A stretch of 64,000 nucleotides of DNA. Source: Centroscyllium fabricii. Taxonomy: Eukaryota. Made by a program: the position numbers and the translations under genes. The stretch covers positions 35,340,001-35,404,000 of the forward strand of contig JBNRSN020000019.1 of the NCBI GenBank assembly GCA_051313645.2, in the 5' to 3' direction. This document shows, piece by piece, positions 56,878-64,000 of the stretch. A model generated the notes under the pieces. It saw only the letters and a program-made list of their open reading frames with translations, had not been told where the DNA came from and made no database searches. Numbering within the stretch: position 1 is the first letter of the stretch; each line of letters starts with the position of its first letter.

Positions 56878-59681
56878 ATGAAAGGTATATATTTTAACGC
56901 AAGGAGTCTGACTAACAATGTGGATGAGTTAAAGGTATTGGTTGACACATGGGAATATGATATAGTAGCTATCACGGAGACGTGGCTGAAGGAGGGGCAG
57001 GAATGGCAGCTAAATATTCCGGGGTATAGAATTTTCAGGCGGGACAGAGACGAGGGAAAAAGGGGAGGGGGGGTAGCGATACTGATTAAGGATTCAATCA
57101 CAGCCATCAGGCGGGTCGACCTAATGGATGATTCCTCAAACGAGGCACTATGGGTGGAGGTAAAAAATAAAAAGGGGGGGGCACCTTACTGGGAGTATAT
57201 TATAGACCACCAAACAGTAAAGGGGAGATGGAGGGTAAGATATGTGAGCAAATCACGAAGATAAGCGAAAATAACAAAGTAATAATATTAGGGGACTTTA
57301 ATTTCCCCAACATCAACTGGGATTGTCAGAGTGTGAGGGGCACGGAAGGTTCAGCATTCTTAAAATGCAGCCAAGAGAGTTTTTTGAAGCAATATGTTGG
57401 GTCACCTACAAGGGGGGGGGGCGGTACTAGACCTAATACTTGGGAATGAAGACGGGCAGATAGAGGAGGTAACAGTGGGGGAGCACTTCGGGGATAGCGA
57501 CCACAATTCAGTTAGTTTCAAGATTGTAATAGAGAAGGATAAAAATGGACCAGGGGTAAAAGTATTAAATTGGGGAAGGCGGATTTCATTAAAATTAGGC
57601 GCGATGTAGCCGCAGTAGACTGGGGCCATCTTCTCAGAGGAAGATCTGCATCAGAGCAGTGGGAGGCCTTCAGAGGGAAGGTCGGGAAGATACAGGAGGA
57701 ACATGTTCCTGCAAAAATCAAGGGCGGGGGAGGTAAACAAAGGGAACCTTGGATGTCTAGGGATATATGTAAATCAATGAAGAAAAAAAGGGGGGCCTTC
57801 AATGAATATAAACGGCTAAAAACTGAGGAGGCGCTAGGGGAGTATAAGAAGTATAGGGGGGAATTAAAGAAGGAGATAAGAAAAGCCAAGAGGGGTCATG
57901 AGATTGCAATGGCCGGCAAAATCAAGGATAACCCTAAGGCATTTTACAGTTATATAAAAAACAAAAGGATCACGAGGGAAAGAGTGGGGCCCATTAAGGA
58001 CGATAGCGGAAAGCTGTGCGTCGAGCCCGAGGCGGTGGGGGAGGTACTAAACGAATTTTTCTCTTCAGTATTCACAAGAGAGAGGGACGGAACCGACATC
58101 GTAATCGGACAGAGTGTAGGGGGGGTAATTGAGGATATTACCATTACAAGGGAAGAAGTACTAGAAATCTTGGGAAGCTTAAAGGTAGACAAATCACCAG
58201 GGCCGGACGCGATGTTCCCCAGGCTGCTGTTCGAGGCCAGGGAAGAGCTTGCGGGCCCCCTGTCTCAAATTTTCAGGTCCTCTCTCGCGTCAGGGGAGGT
58301 ACCCGAGGACTGGAGAACGGCTAATGTAGTACCCCTGTTTAAAAAGGGTAGTAGGGACAAACCGGGTAACTATAGGCCAATCAGTCTTACATCTGTAGTG
58401 GGGAAAGTAATGGAAAAAATTCTGAGGGACAAAATCAGTCTGCATTTGGAAAGGCAGGGTCTGATAAGAGATAGTCAACATGGCTTCGTCAAAGGTAAGT
58501 CGTGCCTAACTAGTCTCTTGGAATTCTTCGAAGAGGTAACAAAAAGGGTGGATGAAGGGAGTACGGTCGACGTGGTGTATATGGACTTCAGCAAGGCTTT
58601 TGATAAAGTCCCACATAGGAGACTGATAACAAAGGTAAAAGCACATGGGATACAGGGCAACGTGGCACAGTGGATTCAAAATTGGCTGGGGGACAGGAGA
58701 CAAAGGGTAATGGTAGAGGGCTGCTTCTGTGACTGGAAACCAGTAACCAGCGGTGTCCCCCAAGGATCGGTTTTGGGACCCTTACTGTTTCTAGTATACA
58801 TTAATGATTTGGACACGGGAGTAGGGGGTACGATCAGCAAATTTGCTGATGATACGAAAATTGGAAGGGTGGTAAATAACGATGAAGATAGTAAAAGGCT
58901 CCAGGAAGATATAAATGTAATGGTTAGTTGGGCAGAAAAATGGCAAATGGAGTTCAACCCAGAGAAATGCGAGGTCATACAATTCGGCAGACCAAATGGG
59001 GTAAGGGAATATACCATGAACAAAAAAATGTTAGGTAGGACCGAGGAACAGAGGGACCTTGGGGTACAGGTGCACAGCTCCCTGAAGGTTGCTGGACACG
59101 TAAACAAGGTGGTTAAGAAGGCATACGGAATTCTGGCCTTTATTAACCAGGGCATAGTGTACAAAAGTAGGGAGGTAATGTTAAACTTGTATAACACGCT
59201 GGTGAGACCTCAGCTGGAGTACTGTGTGCAGTTCTGGTCACCGCACTTCAGGAAGGATGTGGTTGCCCTGGAGAGGGTGCAGAGAAGGTTTACCAGGATG
59301 ATACCTGGTCTGGGGGACTTATGCTACGAGGAAAGGCTGGACAGGCTGGGGTTGTTTGCCTTGGAGAAGAGAAGATTGAGGGGTGACATGATCGAGGTAT
59401 ACAGGATCATGAGAGGACACGATAAGGTGGATAAAGGGGCATTGTTTCCCTTGGTGGGAGAGTCAAGTACCAGGGGACATAGATTCAAGATTAGGGGGGG
59501 GAGGTTTAGGGGGGAGGTAAGGAGAAATTTCTTTACTCAGAGGGTGGTGGAAGTGTGGAACTCCCTGCCTGTAAGGGTGGTGGAGGCAGAAACCATCGCA
59601 ACATTTAAAAAATATTTGGACCAGCACATGAAGGACCGTAACATACAGGGTTATGGGCCAGATGCGGGCAAATGGGGTTAG
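56878..59681 (+). CDS. CR1 ORF2 (APE endonuclease plus RT), three frameshifts as assembled
   Basis: YFNARSL, ITETWL, GDFN, SDHN; YRPISLTS, YMDFSKAFD, PQGSVLGP, FADD. Confidence 0.92.
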
Positions 59682-60176
59682 TATAGTGAGGAGTTTCCTG
59701 GGCCGGTGCGGACTGGATGGGCCGAATGGCCTTTATCCGCACTGTAAAGTTTCTATGATTCTATGATTCTATGATTCTTGAGAGCCCAATGGGTTTATTT
59801 TTCAATTCATGATTTCCTTCTGTCACGGTGGGGAAATATCTACTCAAATTAAGAAACTTAAAATTTAATACTGTATGCCCAATATATGTTTACATTCAGG
59901 AATTCAAAAGTTGTGTGGTGAATTAAAGACAGTTGTCAGCAGAAAGAATTAACTTCTTTGCATGTTTATAAGAAGATATTGTCAAGCGCACACAATTGCA
60001 TTGCTTCTCATTAAAGAAATTTAAACTTTAACAGAACGAAAAAAAGACAAACTCCATTTTATTTTTTTCTAAGTCTGTGTACCTGTAAAATTTGCATGAA
60101 GATCCCACCAAACATTTTTTTCTATTCTTGGGATTGAAAATCCATTAAAACAGCAAAAATTATTAGTAGCATCACA

Positions 60177-60586
60177 GGGGCAGCACGGTGGCACAGTGGT
60201 TAGCATTGTTGCCTCACAGCACTGGAGACCCGGGTTCAAATCCAGCCTCGGGTACTATCTGTGTGGAGTTTGCACATTCTCCCCGTGTCTGTGTGAGTTT
60301 CCTCCGGGTGCTCCGGTTTCCTCCCACAGTCCAAAGATGTGCGGGTTAGGTTGATTGGACATGATAAATTGATCCTTAGTGTCAGGGGGATTGAATATGT
60401 GGGGTTACGGGGTATGTGGGATATGTGTCAGTGTAGGCTCAAGAGGGATATGGGGAGAGGGATATGGGGAGAGGGCAGGGGCGGGGTGCTGTGTTTGGAT
60501 GATCAGCCATGATCTCATTGAATGGCGGAGCGGGCTCGAAGGGCCGAATGGCCTACTCCTGCTCCTATCTTCTGTGTTTCTGTGTA
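60177..60586 (+). mobile_element. Full-length HE1-type tRNA-derived V-SINE
   Basis: A box TGGCACAGTGG, B box GGTTCAAATCC, V domain GTGTGGAGTTTGCACATTCTCCCC, HER1-like tail. Confidence 0.93.
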
Positions 60587-61015
60587 TTAACTTTAAAAAA
60601 AACATTATCACGGAAGACAGCATTTTATATTAAACTCCAATTGCTGTTGAAGCATTTAATATTTATTTTTAAGAAGTTCCAAACCCAGGATTTTCCCAAT
60701 AAAACGAAAATGATTAAACAAGCAGAATCACCTTAAATATCCCAAAATTTTCCACTTAAAATCATTAAACATTAAGAAATTCAAAACTGTCAATTTCTAT
60801 ATGTGCCACTCTCATGTCTGGAATTAGAGACTTCTACATAATTACAATAACCAGAATTTCACTGTGGCCTCAATGAAAGTCAGCGTTTCAAAAGTTAATC
60901 TCAATAATTCCAATTTAATTCAGACCAACATTTTATTAATTAAACACAATACAGAACAGATAAAATTATCAAAATGCTTACAAAAGCCCAATAAATTACA
61001 TCATCATTCTTTTCT

Positions 61016-61112
61016 TAACATAAGAACATAAGAAATAGGAGCAGGAGTACCAATCGGCCCCTCGAGCCTGCTCCGCCATTCAACAAGATCATGGCTGATC
61101 TGATCCTAACCT
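61016..61112 (-). mobile_element. CR1/HER1-like 3' tail fragment
   Basis: AACATAAGAACATAAGAAATAGGAGCAGGAGT..GAGCCTGCTCCGCCATTCAA. Confidence 0.75.
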
Positions 61113-62602
61113 CAATTTTATTTTAACTCTCCATCCCACCCAAACCCATGTGATCACCTGGGAGAGGCGAAAAACCAGATTAAAAAAACCAGTAGCCAAT
61201 TTGGGAGAAAAAATCTGGGAAATTCCTCTCCGACCCATCTAGGCGATCGAAAACTGGTCCAGGAGATCACATGGCCGATTCTTCCTTCAGGTGCCTTTCC
61301 AAATCACTGTAAAAATATTGAATATAACTGAAGAAAAAATGAGTCTTCACAGCTAAACAGAATTTTTGTAACATTCTGACACAAAAAGGATAACGGTGGA
61401 TCTTCCCACAGCTTGTAGGCGGCAAAACAAACTTTTAAAGGGACAGTACGCTGAAAACAAAAAAACTCCTGCAGCTTGTGACAGTACAAAAGGGACAGAA
61501 TATTTCCCTTCCTCTCAACCCAATTTACAATTCCTGGTCGCTTCTTACTTGTCAAAATCTTAAGGGGTGGCGGAGGAGTAAATCTCAGTAGCAGGTCTCA
61601 GACTTGCAGTAACTAAATTAAGAAAACAGTATTTTATAAACGTTCAAATTGATTTAAAACAAGACCACACGTCATTAATTTAAACTGCATAAAGTAATTG
61701 CAATTTTTAGCTGTAATCCAATTAAAACAAAGTGCTTGAAGAAGTTCAAATTGATCTACTACCAGACACCATAGCAACTGTAACTCGCAATTTTTCAAGG
61801 CTGAATTTTATCTTTAAAAAAAAATTCCCTCTTCTTTTCACAGTTGCACAAGTAAACTTTTAGTCAAAATAAATCAACACCAGCATCTTTAATTTAAAAT
61901 GTGAATCCCAAAAGTTTTCCTCAATTCTGGTGCGCAATTTTAAATTAAAATGAACATACTCATCAACCATATTCACGCTTTCATACAGATTAAAAAATAT
62001 TGGTCTCTGTAATGGGTTATGAGCCCAAAGTGCCAAATTTTACATGGATATTCCCAGGTCAGAGCCCAAAGATATTCACACGGTTTAAATCAGTTCAAAA
62101 CCAAAAACATGACTCAAAGTATTTCAAAAATAATACACATGTGTATACATACACTGCAGAGGGTTAAACTGCTTTTAACTCTGTTAAACAGTTGTAGGTC
62201 AGCAAACTTCCACATATTCACACACATTTTCATACAGGGACGCCCAGGGAATGTTAGAGAACCCCACATCAATGCTTGCCATGTCCTTTTTTACTACTCG
62301 TATAGATCTCATCAGCGCTTGGGGAGGTTGGTGTATGTCAGGAGGTCCTGGCTCTGAACCCTGGTCCTCCCACTCCGTGTCTCAGTCATGCTCATACTGG
62401 CTAACAGCCGCCGCTAGTTTTCAAGAGTTTACCTTTTCCCATGGAGAATTACTGCTCTTGCTACCATGTGGGTAAATGAGGTTGGTGTTTATGCCATCCA
62501 TCATGCCTTTCTTTTGCTTTAAAAGTTCCTCCAGCTCCTGTATTTTCCTTTAACAATGTGCATGGTCTGTTGTGTCTCCAGCGCTACGACAGTTCCCCAG
62601 TT

Positions 62603-63010
62603 AGAAACATAGAAACATAGAAGATAGGAGCTGGAGTAAGCCATTCGGCCCTTCGAGCTGCTCCGCCATTCAATGAGATCATGGCTGATCATCCAAACCC
62701 AGTACCCCGTCCCTGCCCTTCTCCCCATATCCCTCGATCCCTATCGAGCCTACACCGACACATATCCCACCTTATCCCCGTAACCCCACATATTCAATCC
62801 CCCGAACACTAAGGGTCAATTTATCATGGCCAATCAACCTAACCCGCACATCTTTAGACTGTGGGAGGAAACCGGAGCACCCGGAGGAAACCCACGCAGA
62901 CACGGGGAGAATGTGCAAACTCCACACAGATAGTACCCGAGGCTGGATTTGAACCCGGGTCTCTAGTGCTGTAAGGCAACAGTGCTAACCACTATGCCAC
63001 TGTGCCGCCC
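62603..63010 (-). mobile_element. Full-length HE1-type SINE
   Basis: Reverse-complement match to 60177-60586. Confidence 0.93.
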
Positions 63011-63054
63011 TTTTTTGTTTTAGTTTTTTGTTTATGTTGTTGTTTAAGGACCCC

Positions 63055-63475
63055 ACTAGAAGTCATGCTGCAGCTATACAAAGTCCTGGTTAGCCAACAC
63101 CTGGAGTACTGTGTCCAGTTCTGGGCACCACACCTTAGGAAAGATACACTGGCCTTGGAGGGAGTGCAACATAGATTTACTAGAATGATACCTGGATGCC
63201 AAGGGTTAAATTATGAGGAGAGATTACACAAACCAGGGTTGTATCCCCTGTAATTTAAAAGATTAAGAGTTGATTTGATCAAAGCTATCAAGATATTAAG
63301 GGGAATTGATAGGGTCGATAGAGAGAAACTATTTCTGCTGGTCGGGGAATCTAGGACAAGGAGACAAAGTCTAAATATTCGAGCCAGACCCTTCAGGAGA
63401 GAAATTAGCAAACACTTCTACACACAAAAAGTGGTAGAAGTTTGGAACTCTCTTTCACAAGCAGCAATTGATGCT
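63055..63475 (+). mobile_element. CR1 RT C-terminal fragment, decayed
   Basis: HLEYCVQFWAPHLRKD..FTRMIPG; FYTQKVVEVWNSL. Confidence 0.88.
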
Positions 63476-64000
63476 TTTCCAAGACACATTGCTCGAAGGG
63501 GAAGATAAAGGACTTACATTCAAATGCAATTGTTACTTTTGTTTTTCTTTGTTAAATCACAAAGCCTGGACATAACTTGATTGTGAAATTAAAATTGATT
63601 AGATAAATTGATATGAGTTGCTGCTCAAGCACTCGGGAAGGGAAATTTATCTGAAATTTAATCGGATAATCAAATTTAATTTTTGGCAAGGTCCAGTCCA
63701 CGTGGTTCTGTTCAAACTGTGTGTTAAGAAAGACGTTTTTTGGGGGAGACAAACTGTTATGTTAAAGGAAACTAACATCCCTCATCTTGCAGACTGAATT
63801 GCTCTCTGGCATATTTTGGGGGAATAAAAGGTCCAATAAGAGTTTAATTAGAATGAAAAATAGTGTGTTTATAACTTGGATTGATTTGGGAAGTATGTTA
63901 AACGGTAATGATCATATTGTATTGGATGGCAGAATTTCTCCAGGGCTCCTGAAAGAGATGAAATGGTAATATAATGTGAATTTTTCAAAAATAATTTTCC

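Larger units (their letters stand above)
54657..59780 (+). mobile_element. Full-length CR1 LINE
   Basis: Tandem-repeat 5' UTR, ORF1, ORF2, (TTCTATGA)n tail; candidate TSD TTCTT(G) at 54652 and 59775. Confidence 0.96.

Noticed and set aside
60177-60255. tRNA gene
   Set aside because: It is the tRNA-derived head of a HE1 SINE, continuous with the V domain and LINE tail.
62235-62600. Possible decayed coding remnant on the minus strand (KIQELEELLKQKKG-like)
   Set aside because: Too short and interrupted to assign to any family by eye.

Overview
Eukaryotic, gene-poor, transposon-saturated DNA, almost certainly from a cartilaginous fish (HE1-type tRNA/V-domain SINEs, HER1/CR1 LINEs with (TTTCTATG)n tails). 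No host gene is evident. 0.7-24 kb is a single PIF/Harbinger transposon inflated by nested insertions: a SINE tail, four Ty3/Gypsy LTR elements with resolvable TSDs, and a Penelope-like tail. 26-41 kb holds Penelope-like fragments with minimal hammerheads, a solo LTR, Rex1 and CR1 fragments, a second Harbinger and a truncated Gypsy. 41-52 kb is a CsRN1-like Gypsy containing another Gypsy, which itself carries a VNTR-bearing retroposon with a Rex1-like tail. 54.6-59.8 kb is a full-length CR1 LINE with tandem 164-bp 5' monomers. The main observation is a lineage of compact Gypsy elements (3 divergent families, 4 full copies) with no tRNA primer site. The bases after each 5' LTR are instead the 13-15 nt reverse complement of that LTR's own poly(A)-signal region and covary between families. 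The same elements have a YLDN rather than YxDD RT active site and a conserved stem enclosing the PPT. All coordinates were read by eye and no database search was run, so novelty is untested.
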